Shown piece after piece: positions 36,064 to 50,630 of a stretch of 64,000 nt of DNA. Source of the stretch: the human T2T-CHM13v2.0 reference genome, Homo sapiens; the NCBI RefSeq assembly GCF_009914755.1, contig NC_060938.1. One strand, given 5' to 3'. Numbering within the stretch: position 1 is the stretch's first letter; the number at the start of each line of letters is the position of its first letter. The notes below the pieces were generated by a model. The model did not search any database and was not told the DNA's origin. It saw nothing but the letters and a program-made list of their open reading frames with translations. The translations under genes were made by a program, and so were the position numbers.

Positions 36064-38579
36064 GAATGCTTTCCAGATGTTGAGCATTCAATAAATATTT
36101 ACTTACAGTGAAAATTACAGTTGTTATAAGTATTGTTATTGAGGTGTCATTTGATATCATTGGCAGGTAAGAATCATTATCCACATTTTACCAGTAACTG
36201 AACAGGTGCTCAGAGAGGCCTGTGTGCTTGTCTTTGGAGAATGCATCAGTGAAATAGAAACAGAAATACTAATTTAAAACTAGAAGTTCTAGTGATAGAA
36301 GTAAGAGTTCTACACAGCAAATGGGCATGATCCATCTAAAGAAAGATGAAACCCTAAGAGAGGTGAGACTCCTGTGAAGGAATTTCCTTGCAGTATAGGG
36401 GCTTACACAGGGGTTGCATGGTTGCTGGGAAGAAGCTGAGTAGGTCAAAGGCAAGATAAATAATTACAGTCCTCTGAATCCAAGTTTCTGAGGTTGAAAT
36501 TCATTAAACTTCATGGTTTCTAGCAGTAATGGGCAAGGTTCCCCAGTTCTCAGATATGATTTCATTAAACTTCTTTCCCTTCCTATTTTTTGGGGGAGAA
36601 ACAGTCACTTGAGAAATGTTTCTTGACTTGCTCTTTTGGAGGTGGCCAGTTGGAAAAATTCTGAGTCTCTTACCATGAGGGGCATGAGGACTGGGAAGCC
36701 TCCTCCTTTTCCTGGGGCAGCACATCTGTAACTGGAGCCTAGGTGGCATGTGGCTGCACATCACATGGGGTGCCTCTGGCGGGGTGCAATCGGATGCCCT
36801 AACAGCCAGGCGGGAGGAGATGGGTTTAGCATTGGTGCTGACTTGCTGGGCTGTGTTGAGGATAAGCTGTGATCCCAGCATTGCCTGACTTCAGATTCTG
36901 TGCCAGTCCTGTAAGAACTGTTGCCCCTGCATCTCCTCCAAGATGGACAGTCTATTTATTCATCCAGGTCCAATGGTACATCCTGGGGATTCCCTCTGCT
37001 TCTGGGGCTGCCTGTGTGGGAGGTCAGAAAAACCTTCGCACCTCCCCCCCAGCCCCCGCCACGTGATTTATTCTCACACTCACATTGCGGGCTGGCAGTG
37101 GGACATTGCTGCCAAAACGAGGCTTCCGGAAGAAGTGGTAAGGCCGACTCTGGAGCGACACTGCCCGGGTTTGCCTCCTGGCTCAGCATTTCCTTGCTGT
37201 GTGACCACTTATAAGTCACTTAACTTCCCTGAGTCTCAGTTTCCTTAGGTATAAAATAGGACTAGTAATGCTTTGCTCAAATATCATCATCTCCGTGAGG
37301 CCTCCTCCCTGGTGTCACTCCCTACCCCCTTCCTGCTTTATTTTCCTCCCTAGTTCTTACCACCATCTTTTATCCCATGCATTAGGCTTACCTTTTCTGA
37401 TGATTTTCTGTTCCTATCTCCACCCACAGGGATGTTAATTCTCATGGAACCGGGATCTGTCCGTTTTGCTCACTACTGTATCCCTGGCACTTAGACCCAG
37501 CAACAATACAAAGTGCATGCTCAGAAATTTTGGGGAAAAATTTATGAGATACTATTGAATTGTATCCACCCCAGAGGAGTGTCAATGTATGCAAAGTAGG
37601 CAGTGTGGTGCTTGGTACAGAGTATGCATTCAATAAATATTGGCTAATTATGATTATTATGTCTAATTCACAGGACTGTTGTGAGAATCAAACGAGATAA
37701 TGTATGCTGAGGCATGCTGTGAACACTACGTGCTGGGTACAGGAGGTACAATATTAATGATCCCTGCTGCTTGGAGGGAACTTGCACTTAAAATGTTATG
37801 CTTTTCATTTTCACACCACTTAGGAGGGAGGAAAGGCTGGTGGGATGATCGCCACCTGAGGCTCAGGGAGGGGACAGGCCTTCTCCAAGGCCTCACAGTA
37901 TGAAGAAGGCAGGGGCAGGTCCCCACACTGGTGGTCTTCCCACGACTCCCTCATGACAGTCCCCCAATGGACAGATTGATGTGTAAATGACGTTATACAC
38001 CTACACCATAACTCTATATAATATATAGAATTATTTTCAGGTCCCTGAGTTGCTCTGAGGCCAGTTGTGGCAGGTGGTACACACCCAGGACAAGCTGGGG
38101 GGAGGGGTAAGAAGGAAACTGGCTGTGTATCTTTGGTAAGGCCCATAGTGAAGCCTCTTTTGGTTTCTTGGAATCAAGTTGAACATCAAGAATCTCACTG
38201 CATAGACTTCCCCAAGGGCAGTCCCACTTCACAAAATGAATTTTCATTTTCCAAAGCACATCCCTTAGTTGGATTTCTGTTTTTCAGTGTATTTGTTTAA
38301 GCTCTGATGCCATGTCCAAAAAAGAACATGCCCGAACAATTCCCTGCCCGAGTCCCAAACCCTTGGCTTGATCTGAGCATTGAACTAATTCATTTCTTTG
38401 ATCAAACTGGGGACTGTTTGAGCAGTGGGCTGGGCGTCATGGGACGGGGAAAGGGTGGGGTGTGCGCAGGTGTGCAAGGCGGGCTACTTGAGGGATGGGC
38501 GATAGTTCAGGTCACCCTCCGGTTGGACCCACGAGGGCGCTGCATTCCTCATTCTACAAACCGTACAAGTCGGGGCACA

Positions 38580-38654
38580 AGACAGAGAAGCCAGGTCACG
38601 TCTCTGCAGTTACACAGCTCACGAGTGCCTGCTGGGGTGGAACCTGGTCTGTCT
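38580..38654 (+). ncRNA. MIR370: miR-370 precursor
   Basis: GCCTGCTGGGGTGGAACCTGGT at 38627-38648; 5p CAGGTCACGTCTCTGCAGTTAC. Confidence 0.96.
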
Positions 38655-39786
38655 GTCTGTCTAACACCAGAGCTCGGGCGCTGCTGCAGAGGGAGCCAAG
38701 ATTTGGGTGAGGGAGGGGGCTCAGAGGTGGGATGGAGGGTTTTTTTGTATTTTTTTTTAACCTGGTTGCCATTGGCTTGAAAATAATAACATAACTTTGC
38801 TTGGGGACCCCCCACTGCAACTATCTTGCTGATGGGGAAGCAGGCACAGAGACGTTAGTTTGCTTTGCTGATGTCACCCAGCTCGTCTGGCATTGAGGCT
38901 GGATTTGGGAGGTGGGTACTGAGGTGTGAGCATATGTGCTGCAACCACTGGGCCCACTGGCTCGTGGTGTGTGCGCAGGTGCAGATGGCTCAGTGATCTG
39001 GGTTTGAGGGCTTTTACCAATCCCCCCAGCAGTGGGTGTACTCTGAACTCAAGCTTGTGTATTTCACACTCTCCCTCGACCCTTCTCTTTAGCCTTCACT
39101 GAAAACTCCTGCAAGCCACTGACCCATGGAAAATATTTAAGAATACATATATTACATATATGTTGTAAATTTATATATATATGTATCTGGAAAGGGATTG
39201 TATCCAGGAGATTTGGGAGTGATTGTTTAAGGTAGAGGGAGGCAGGGGCATGAGAGGGGGAGGGATGGAGGTGGGGACCACCAGTGGTAATTCTCGTGGG
39301 TGGTTTTAACAATCAATACAAGAAGAGAGAGACATGCCAGCAGCAAGGACGGGAGTGGGTTGTAAACCAGGGATGGTGATTAATTCTTCACAACTGAGGG
39401 GCATTAAAAAAAGAAATCAGAGTGGTTCGTGGCTATTAATTTTGTTATTAAAAATAATCAAGGAATAAAGAAATAAGGTAATAAAGGCCTCGAATGGAAC
39501 AATTCTGAGAATGTGTTCTGGGCAAAGGATTATGACTAATCCAGGTCTGGTAACCTGATATTAACAAACAAAAAAGGCCTCGTAGGCTATTTTCTTTTTT
39601 TAACCGGCTTTATGTTCCATAGAATGGGCACACTGGGGTTTCTCTCCCAGAGAAGGTGAGTGCAGACAAATAAAAGCCGGCTTTGTGGGTGTTGATTGAA
39701 CAGTTAAAAATGAATGAATGCGTAAATAAAACCAGAGACAGCCAAGCATGTACCAATGATGGCAATGTGTTCCTCACTCCCCAGCT

Positions 39787-40155
39787 TTATAAATATATAA
39801 TTGATAAATCAGTATTGTATGTATTTGTATTGTATTTAAATTGTACAGTGTGACATTTTGATATACATATATATTGTGAAATGATTACCATAATCAAGCG
39901 AATTAACATACCCATCACCTCATGTAGTTCCGTTTTTCCATGTGTGCAGTGAGAATACTTAAGGTCTACTCTTTTAGCAAATTTCAAGCATGAAATACAT
40001 TATTGTTAACTATAGTCACCGTACTCTGCATTGGGTTACCAGAACTTACTCCTAACTGCATCTTACTCCTAAGTTTGCATCCTCTCACTAAGATCTCCAG
40101 ATTCCTCTCACTCCTGACCCCTAGTAACTACCTTTCTAGTCTCTGCTTCTGTGAG
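39787..40155 (-). mobile_element. L1MA-type 3' end fragment interrupting a snoRNA relic
   Basis: TTGTGAAATGATTACCATAATCAAGCGAATTAACATACCCATCACCTCA, L1M 3' UTR reverse complement; directly follows TGTACCAATGATGGCAATGTGT. Confidence 0.75.
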
Positions 40156-42045
40156 GTTATTCCAAAACAAAAGCCAGGTTCTAGGCTGTTGAGGCTGAGG
40201 GTAGGAAGTGTATCAACAGGTATACAGAATAGTCACTGGTCTTGGGCTAAATGGTGACTTCAAGTGTAGTGGCTGCATAGTCAAAAATGAATTAGATGAG
40301 TACAAAAGTGACGAAATGAAAGAATGTCAAGAATGGACCACAAAGACAGTGTTTTATGACCTAAAGATTAAGATTTATCCATTTGTGTACAATTGTGGAC
40401 TATATAAAATAAAACAAGACTTTGACCTCAGTGGATAAGAAGTATTTGGATGTACTAATCAATATTTTTGGTCTGGGTCAGTGGTGGGTTCATCTGTGTT
40501 TGTTGTATTTAAAAAAATAAATGAAAACATTGAAAAGGGTGAGTAGGAATCAAATATGATTGTCACTCCAAGTCTGTGTCATCTGCATCCGTTAGGAAGA
40601 ATATCTGGGTTGGTTCCTTCTTGGGTAAGATGCACAGGGACATATGTTTGTGAGAGTCATGATTCTTGTTTTTGATTAGAGTGGTGAATTAATACACACT
40701 CATTTGTAATAATACAAATTAATAAATGAATAATTGCGGAGAGCTATGCTTGGGCCAGTGGTGAGACTGTCATGAACCAAAGATTATGATTAATACTGTG
40801 CTTCTCACCTGATGGCCATTAAAAAAATCTAGGTTTTTTCATCCTTTTTAATATCAGCCTTGTGTTCCACAGAATGGAGGCTCCAGAGTGAAATTAATGA
40901 CACTTTGTCGATGAAGATCTTGATTGTGACCTCTGTGGAAAATGAGCCATGAACCAACCAATGTGAGTAATGTTTAGTGTTGTTGTTTTGAAGTTGGGTG
41001 GTTGGTTGATGGTTGTTTATTACATTATTAAACGTGAATCAATACATAAATAAGGTCAAAGATGACGGGCATGATGAGAATGTCATGAACCAAGGGTGAT
41101 TAATTTCATATAGCGTAACTGTTACCAAATTAAAAAACAATATTACTGGGCTGTTCTCTGTAGCAAATGAGCAAAGAAAAAAAGGAACACACACACACAC
41201 ACACACGTATACTACATATATATCACATGTATCATGTGTTATGTTTATACATGTATCCTATATATATATCACATACGTAATATGTGTTATGTTTATTTTT
41301 CATATTTGCAGGCTGGGGTGGGTTTATATATGTTTATGGGGTAATTAAACATAAATGGATGCATGTATAAACAAGATCAAAGAGAGTCAAGCATGGACTA
41401 ATGAAGACAATGTATCATGATCTAAGATTTATGATTGCACAGCTCTGCAAATTGGAGAGACATTGAAACACAAATATTTATGCTGTTTCATTCATTTCAG
41501 TAGCATTCCACTATTAATTTATGCACTACAATTTTGCATGAACACTTCCCTATTGAAGAAGTTTGGGATGTTATGTCGGTGGCAGAGAGTCACATAGGGA
41601 AGTAAGGTATTGGTCGTTTTCTGTTTGTTGAATAGGATTCGTGATTGTTCTTTCATGATTTTTGTTTAAAGCGATAAATAAAACTTAAAAGGGCCAAGCA
41701 TAGATAATGAGGATAATATTTCATGTAAAGTGAGGCTTATTAATTAAATTCTACACAAGTAAAAGTCATTAAAAATGATCCAGGGTGTTTATTTTTCTAA
41801 TAGTTGCTGTTTGTTGCACAGAATGGACAAATCATAGTTTATATAGTCATGCAGTATTTATGAGAATGTTGACTCTTACTTGGGTAGATAAGGTACTTAA
41901 AGAAAATGTAATTAATAGTTGATGTTGTTAAATCTTGGCTGGAGAGTTGTTTAAGGGTGTTCATAAATGAGTAAATGAATGAATGAACAAACACATGAAT
42001 AAAACAAGAGAGGGCAAACATGGGACAAAGGTGATCATATCTCAT

Positions 42046-42787
42046 TGTCGTAAATTCTTTTTATGTAGCTTCAGCATCCGTTTTTAACCTAAGTTTAACT
42101 TTCTCATTCCAGAAGCAGGCTTAGTCACCCTTGACACAGTTTGCAGTTATCCACCTCCTCCAAGTTCTTAATATGTTAGATCCAGATAACTGCCTTGTAC
42201 AGCCACCTCCAGGATACTGCCTCCCTAAAAAACAGCTAGATACACTGACCCCACAGCCTATGTGGACCACACAGATATACTGGCTTGCTCTAAATGCACC
42301 AGTGAGAACTCTCTGCAGGAAACCTGCTTGGGAAATGCCATAGCCTGCAATACAGGCTTTCCCCTTCCCGCTGGCCCTGTGAGGCATGCAGGATCTGTAA
42401 GTAATAAACTGCTTCTGTTGTTTCATTTCATGTGTTTTGTTGAGTTGCTTCCTCTGTGTCTCACCTGACCAACACACTTGAATTGAACTTCTTTCCTGGT
42501 CAGGGATCTCCTAGAGAATGGCTATCTTGGCAGGAATAGACTAGATGTAGGTCAGACAAGAACCACAGGGGTACTGCCAGTGTAAATGAGTTTCCTATGA
42601 GAGGGACACCTGGTAATGGATAGGATGCTTAGGCATTAGACTGTCTGCTGGGATAAAGACGTATCCCGTAAAAGATACGCTGTAAACACCCATGACCACC
42701 TCTCCTGCATCCCCATCAGGCAGAGCTAGAATTTATATTCACTCTCTTGAGACAGACCTCAAGACCATGTTAGAAGAAAGTACAACA
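42046..42787 (+). mobile_element. Solo LTR (ERV/ERVL class, family not assigned)
   Basis: TG...CA termini, 5-bp TSD CTCAT (42041-42045 and 42788-42792), AATAAA at 42403. Confidence 0.85.
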
Positions 42788-43369
42788 CTCATCATCCTAG
42801 AATTATGATTATTCCAATTCAGTTCATCCAAGGTCCCTTTAAAAATGCATTGGTTAAAGAGTCAGTTAATATTCTTTTTTTTGGCATGGTGGCATGTTGG
42901 ATGTTGATTTTAGTACTAAAAATAAATAAATAATTACCTAAGTGTGTAAAATAAACAAAAGGCCAAAACATGGACTGGTGATGAGAATGGTCCAAGAATG
43001 AAAGCATTATAGTTAATTAAATTCTGACTGCCACACAAATAACCTACCCTGTTTCACTTCCTTTACCAGCTGTTTTGTATTTCATTTTGTACATGAACAT
43101 AGTTTATTTACACGTTTGCCCATAAATAGAAATCTGGGCTATTTACTCTGACCAAGGAGCACACAAAGAGATGAAAGATGACGTCAGTGTTCTATTAGTG
43201 GAGTAACAGATTGGATTTATGATTGCTCATTGCAACTTCTTTAGAAATGATCAAATCAAATAAAAGAGTGTCAGCATAAACCAATGATGATGTTTCATGA
43301 AGCAGAGATCATGATTAATCCAATTAGGTTCATTAGAAAAAGTTCTAGAATATAACCTAAGAGTATTTT

Positions 43370-43850
43370 CTAGTATTGCCCAATGGAACTTTCTTTCTTT
43401 TTTTTTTTTTTTGCCTTGAGACAGGTCTCACTCTGTTGCCCAGGCTAGACCTCCCTGTGCTCAGGTGATCCTCCCACCTCAGCCTCCTGAGTAGCTAGGA
43501 CTACAGGTGTGCACCACCATACCCAGCTAATTTTTGTATTTTTTGTGGAGACAGGGTTTCTCCATGTTGCCCAGGCTGGTCTTGAACTCCTAGGCTCAAG
43601 CAGTTCACCGGCCTTGGCTCCCAAACAGCTGGTTACAGGTGCAAGCCACCATACCCGTCCGCAGTAGAACTTTCTGCAGTGATGGAAATGTTCTGTAATC
43701 TGTTCTGTACAGTATGGTAGCTACTAGTCCATGTGATTATTGAGTCCTTGAAATGTGGCTGGCGTTCATGAGTAACTGAATTTTTAATATTACTTAATTT
43801 TTATTAATTTAAATTTAAATAGTCACATGTGGCTACTGGCCCATGCAAGT
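43370..43850. mobile_element. MER3-like hAT DNA transposon interrupted by a minus-strand Alu (~43392-43660)
   Basis: GAACTTTCT flanks the Alu on both sides; GTGATGGAAATGTTCTGTAATCTG...TTGAAATGTGGCT. Confidence 0.7.
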
Positions 43851-44098
43851 CTGATATCCAGTGGGGCAGTCAAATTTTAAAGCTACTACATTAGTCAGTT
43901 GTGTTAGGTGGTTGGTTCATGGCAGTTTTTTGAATATTAAATATGAATACATAAATACAAAAGTTAAATAAAAGCCTAAGCATGGACCAGTGATGAAAGT
44001 GTGTCATGAACCAAATATTATATCCATACATTTCTCAACAGATGAAGTCCATTATGTAAAGGTTTCTGTTTCTCCAGTTATGGTTAAGGATGAAAAGA

Positions 44099-44128
44099 TT
44101 ATCTATCTATCTATCTATCTATCTATTC

Positions 44129-44179
<51 letters not shown>

Positions 44180-44225
44180 ATCTATCTACCTACCCACCTA
44201 TCTATTATATATCTATCTATCTCTA
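44099..44225. repeat. (TATC)n tetranucleotide microsatellite
   Basis: Direct observation. Confidence 0.95.
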
Positions 44226-45473
44226 TAATATACTACTGTTTTTCTTGGTTTTGATGGTAGATTCGTGGTGTTTTACTTGATTATGTTATAAAAATCAATA
44301 AGTGAATACATTTTTAAAATTCAAAGACCTTAAATAAATAGGTTATCTGTCTTCTATATGGTAAATATTCTATAGACACGAAGGTCACAAGAACCACTCC
44401 CACTTACAAAAAGAATAGGAGGCACTGAGCAGTGCCACCCCACGGCAACTCCGTAGTCCTGCTGGGCAGATGATGTGGGCTCTCCTTACCTGGGCCTGTC
44501 ACTCATATAAGTGGGGACACATAGAGAGGGGTTTGTAATGGTCATCATTCTCATTTTTATTTTAGGTGATTCACTCAATGGTGTTCATTAAGTTAATAAT
44601 TAAAATAATCAATTGATTAAGTCAATTAAGAATGAAGTGTTAATTGTGGGTCAGTGGTGAGAAAGAGGGCCAGCCATGGACCAATGTTGAGAATGTGGCA
44701 CAAGCCAAGGATTATGGTCAATCCAGTATATTAAAATTTTAATATTTCTTTAAAAAGTTTAAATCTAGTCTCTTTCACACCTTTTCACACCTGCTTTCTC
44801 TTCTACAGAGTGAGTGCACCGCAGGTGATCAGCTATTCTGTAATGATGAGGGCCGGGCTGCTTTCTCTGTGGGCAAGGAGCATGGAGGCTGATGACAGGA
44901 CAGTCAGGGTCCTTGTTCTTGGTTTGGATGATTTGCTCATGGATGTTGACTGTATTATTTAAAAGAAATAAATAGCTCTACATATTAAAATATTGCAGAA
45001 CATGCATGGACCAATGATGAGAATGTTATATGAATCAGTGTTCATGATTAATCCAATTCAACACCACTTCTATTAAGAGTACAGTCAGGCTATTTTATTT
45101 GTGCTGCTGGCAGTTTAATATTCATATACATTTTACATCACTGTTGATTTAAACAGTCCTCCATTGATATACACCTATGCCATTAACTGCTTAAGAGGGT
45201 ATCACAAAGGAAGATTGAAAGTAATTATCAGTATTCTATTGGGCAAGAAGATGGTGGATTTATAGTAGCTCATTGTGTCATCTTTGAAATATAGACAAAT
45301 TAAAAGAAAGAGGGCTAAGGATGGGCCAGTGATAACTGTGGCATTGCTATGTATGAAGAATGTTGATTGATCCATTGATCCATGTGTGTCATACTGAGAT
45401 GCGTTATAGGAAGAGATCTAGTGTATTATCTCTGTGGGAAATTAGATTATAGACATGCACAGTCTAGTATCAT

Positions 45474-45763
45474 CAGTGCTAGCCACTGGAGCTACTGTGC
45501 ACTTGGAATGTGACTAGTCTAATCGACATGTGATCTACATGGAAAAATACACACCGAGTTTAGAAGCCTCAATATGAAAAAGGTAAAATATTTCTAGAAT
45601 TATTTATATTTATTAAATGATAGTATTTTAGATATTGGGCTAAATAAAATACACAATTACAGTTGATTTCATCTTTTTCTTTTTACTTTTTAAATATTGT
45701 AGCTTCTAGAAAATTTACAAGTATTCGTGTAGGTGGCATTATATTTTTTATTGCTCAGCACTG
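45474..45763. mobile_element. MER33-like hAT DNA transposon remnant
   Basis: Inverted ends CAGTGCT/AGCACTG; CACTTGGAATGTGACTAGT; AT-rich core. Confidence 0.6.
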
Positions 45764-45942
45764 CTATAATCCAATGAGAGGAATATTCAATTTTATGTTT
45801 TTCTAATCCATGGGTACTGATTGTATTATTATTGGCTAATCAGTGATGAATCAATGACGAGTGAATAAATGAATGAGAAAAAAATGGGAACAGCACATGC
45901 TAAACATTAAAGTGTATACTGCTGAAACAAGGATTATTTTCC

Positions 45943-46228
45943 TTTTTTTTTTTTTTTTTTGAGACAGAGTCTCACTCTGTCACCCAGGCTGGAGTGCAGT
46001 GGCGCAGTCACAACTCACCACAGCCTCGACCTCTAGGCTTAAGCAATCCTCCTGCCTCAGCTTCCCTAGTAGCTGGGACCACAGGCTCATGTCACCACAC
46101 CTGGCTAATTTTTTTGTATTTTTTGTAGAGATGAGGTTTCACCATGTTGCCTAGGCTGGTCTCAAATTCCTGGGCTCAAGTGATCCACCCGCCTTGGCCT
46201 CCCAAAGTGCATGAGCCACTGTCTGGCC
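45943..46228 (-). mobile_element. Alu (J-like)
   Basis: polyT plus Alu reverse consensus. Confidence 0.93.
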
Positions 46229-46621
46229 TATTATAAGTAGTTTTTATTAAGCACCAAAACCTGTAAAAATAATGGCTATGGTTTAATGGTTAATTCTTTT
46301 AGGTAAGGATGGTTAGTTTGTTTAGGTAAGGAAGACATGAAAAGATCATGTAATAATCGATGCTGTTCTGTGTTGTTGGTGGTGTCTTGCTAGTCTTCAG
46401 TTTTTTGTTTCAAAGAAAATTACTGACATTAACAAATACCTGATTAAGTAGCTGACTAAATGGAAGAGGATCAAGCATGGCAAGTGCTGAGTGAGGATTA
46501 ATCCATGTAGGCACTACTGAAATCCACTGTAAGAGATACCCAGTCTCTTACCTTCATAGATGGGCCTGTAGCAGGGTCTTGATCTTAACCCTTTTATGCC
46601 TCATGGTAGTGATTACATTAG

Positions 46622-46959
<338 letters not shown>

Positions 46960-48563
46960 GCTTATTAAACAAGTGTGTAAATGAATAAAAAAAGAAAGCC
47001 AAGCATGAACCAATGGATTATTATTATGTTTTTGAAGCATTGAAGTCAATAAAATACACACAAGCCCAGGGCTGGATGGTTGCTCTTACTTCTAAGGGAA
47101 AGATTTTTACATAAAGAAGAAAATGGAAGAGGACCAGTGTTGAGAATGTGTCAGGTGATAAGAATTAATATTAATCCAGTTCTAGTCATTGAGTTCATTG
47201 AATAACAATGAGAATGAAGATCTAGTTGATTATCTCTGTGGGTGATGGGCAGATTGACAGATGTTAGTTTTATTCAGAGTTTTTGAACAGTTTTCTTTGG
47301 ATTCTCAGCTATGGATTGTAAGGGAATGAATGAATAAGTTTATGTCACAATAAGTTAAAAGAGAACAGATGACAGACCAGTGATGGTCATAAATTTTGAA
47401 GCAAGTATTAGGATAATACATTTCTATACTGCTGATGTCCATGTAAAGGATATAATGTCTGGACTCCTAAATGCTTAATGTTCACAGATGTGTTCTTGTT
47501 ATAGTCAGTTTTGGATGCTGGTAGATTTATCCTTCTTAATTTTCTTTCAAAAGATAGATATGAGATTAAATTAACCTATTACAAATTAAATAGTAAATAA
47601 GCAAATAGATGAATACATAAAGAGGGTCAAGAAGGATTTGTCAATTAAATAAAATTTTATTTTATTTTAAGAATAAAATAAAACTTAAAAAAAGAATGAG
47701 CATTGGTGAAAATGTACCCTGAAACAAAATTTAAGATCAATATAATTCTGAACAAGTGGGTTCCACTACAAAACAGATGGAAGAAAATAACTTCATTCAG
47801 TTTACAATTGTTTAATATGTCATTTTTTCACCACTCTTAATTTACACATTCTGCCATTGATAAAGATTTAGGTTTCTAAGCTATTGACAGAGAAAACACA
47901 AGTAAGGAAAAAAATGTTGTCAGGGAAGTAAAACAAGTGGTTCCTTTATGTTCTTTGTTAAATGTTTAAAATTTGAAAAAGTTGAGGAAAGGCTAGAGAA
48001 AGAGGGCCCTGCCTGGACCACATTGAGTGTGGGACTGTATAAGGATTTTGGTTGGTCCATATGTGTAACAGTGAGATCCACTGTTGAAGGAGATTTGGTG
48101 GATTAGCTCTTGGAGAAATTAGCCTACATCTATCAGTTATAATATTCATATATCTTATTCTTGCTTTGTTGTGATTCATGAATATTGATAAAGCAATTTT
48201 TGTCAATTAATGAATTAAATCAATAAACAACTGTATAAATAAATAAAAATGTCTCAAAACTAAACCAATGGTAAGTACCCTGAGGTGCTTGAATCAAGGA
48301 TTTTGATTAAACTATATGACTCTAGGTCCATTATAAAAACAAACCTAATTTACTGCCTCAGTGGGACATGAGCTTGTAGCTGCAGTGAGGAATATAGGCA
48401 TCTCGTGCTTGGGATTTTGCACATCTGATATGAATCCTATTATTAGTAGTAAATCAGTGCATGAGTAAATAAAGACACATACCAATGAATTCAGCCAAAG
48501 AGGGCTGGATATGCACCAATTATGAGAGTATTATTCTAAGTAAATGAAGGAAGGGATTATTTA

Positions 48564-49110
48564 TTTGCTTATTTATTTTTTATTGACAGAATGCTTTTTT
48601 ATTATCTATAGCATCAAGAACAATACTTCCTTCATAGCAATGACAAAATAAAACTATAATAATAAAATAATAAAAAATAATAAAAATGTTAGCAGTATAG
48701 CTAACAATTGTTTACTATATATTAATCACTGAGCAATTTTTTAAAAATTTTCTATTTTTATTTCAATAGTTTTGGGGGAACAGGTGGTTTTTGTTTACAT
48801 GGGTAAGTTCTTTAGTGGTGATTTCGGAGATGTTGGCGCACCTGTCACCTGAGCAGTGTACAGTGTACCCAATGTGTAGTCTTTTATTCTTCATCCCCTA
48901 CCAGCCTTCGCCCTGAGTCCCCAAAGTTTATTATGTCATTATTATGCCTTTACATCCTCACAGCTTAGCTCCCACTTATAAGTAAGAACATACAATGTTT
49001 GGTTTTATTCCTAAGTTAATTCACTGAGAATAATGGTCTTCAACTCCATCCAGGTTGCTGCGAATGCCATTATTTTGTTCCTTTTTACGGCTGAGTAGTA
49101 TTCCACAGTT

Positions 49111-49151
<41 letters not shown>

Positions 49152-50630
49152 CACATTTTCCTTATCCACTTGCAGATTGTTGGGCATGTAGGCTGATTTC
49201 ATATTTTTAAAATTGTGAATTGTGTTGCTATAAACATGTGTGTGCAAATGTCTTTTTCATGTAATGACTTCTTTTCCTCTGGGTGAATACCCAGTAGTGG
49301 GATTGGTGGGTTAAATGGTAGTTCTACTTTTAATTCTTTAAGGAATCGCCATACTTTTTTCCATACTGCTTGTACTAGTTTGCATTCCCACCAGCAGTGT
49401 AAAAGTGTTCCCTTTTCACCACATCCATGCAAACATTGATTAACTTTTGATAGTTTAATTATGGCCATTCTTGCAAGACTAAGGTGGCATCCCACTGTGG
49501 TTTTAATTTGCATTTCCCCGGTAATTAGTGATGTTGAACATTTTTCATATGTTTTTTGGGCATTTGTTTATCTTCTTTTGGGAATTATCTATTCATGTCC
49601 TTTGCCCACTTTTTGATAGATTTTTTTTTTTGTGTTTTGTTTTTTTGCTGATTTGTTTGGGTTCCTTGTAGATTCTGAATATTAGTCCTTTGTCAGATCA
49701 TAGTTTGCAAATATTTTCTCCCACTCTGAGAGGTGTCTGTTTACTCTGCTGATTATTTCTTTTGCTGTGCAGAAGCTTTTTAGTTTCATTAGGTCCCATC
49801 TATTTATTTTTGTTTTTGTTGCATTTGTTTTTGCATTCTTGATCATAAACTCTTTGCCTAGGCCAATAACTAGAAGAGTTTTTCTGATGTTATATTGCAG
49901 AGTTTTTATGGTTTCAGGTCTTAGATTTTAAGTCTTTGATCCATTTTGAGTTGGCTTTTGTTTAAGGTGTGAGAGATGATGATCCAGTTTTATTCTTCTA
50001 CACGTGGCTTGCCAATTATCCCAGCAGCATTTGTTGAATAGGGTGTCCTTTTCCCACTTTATGTTTTTGTTTGCTTTGTTGAAGATCAGTTGGCTGTAAC
50101 TGTTTGGTTTTATTTCTGGGTTCTTTCTCCTTTTCCATTGGTCTATGTGCCTATTTTTATACAAGTATCATGCTGTTTTGGTGACTATAGCTTTGTAGTA
50201 TAGTTTGAAGTTGGGCAATGTAATGCCTCCAGATTTGGTCTTTATGCTTAGTATTGCTTTGGCTATGTGGGCTCTTTTTCAGTTCCATATGAATTTTAGG
50301 ATTATTTTTCTAGTTCTGCGAAGAATGATGATGGTATTTGGATGGTAATTGCATTGAATCTGTAGATTTCTTTTGGCAGTATGGCCATTTTCACAATATT
50401 GATTCTATCCATGCATGAACGTGGGATGTGTTTTCATTTGTTTGTGTCATCTATGATTTCTTTCAGCAGTGTTTTGTAGTTTTTCTAGTAGAGATCTTTC
50501 ACCTCTTTGGTTAGGTATATTCCCAAGCACTTTTTTGTTCTTGTTCCAGTTGCTGTAAAAGGGATTGAGTTTTTGATTTGATTCTTAGCTTGGTTATTGT
50601 TGGAGTATAGCAGTCCTACTGATTGCATGA
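48564..50630 (-). mobile_element. 5'-truncated L1PB-like insertion (ORF2 3' part and 3' UTR) bounded by a 13-bp TSD
   Basis: ORF2-like peptides ([10 protein letters not shown]; [22 protein letters not shown]); AAGGGATTATTTA at 48551-48563 and 50631-50643. Confidence 0.9.
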
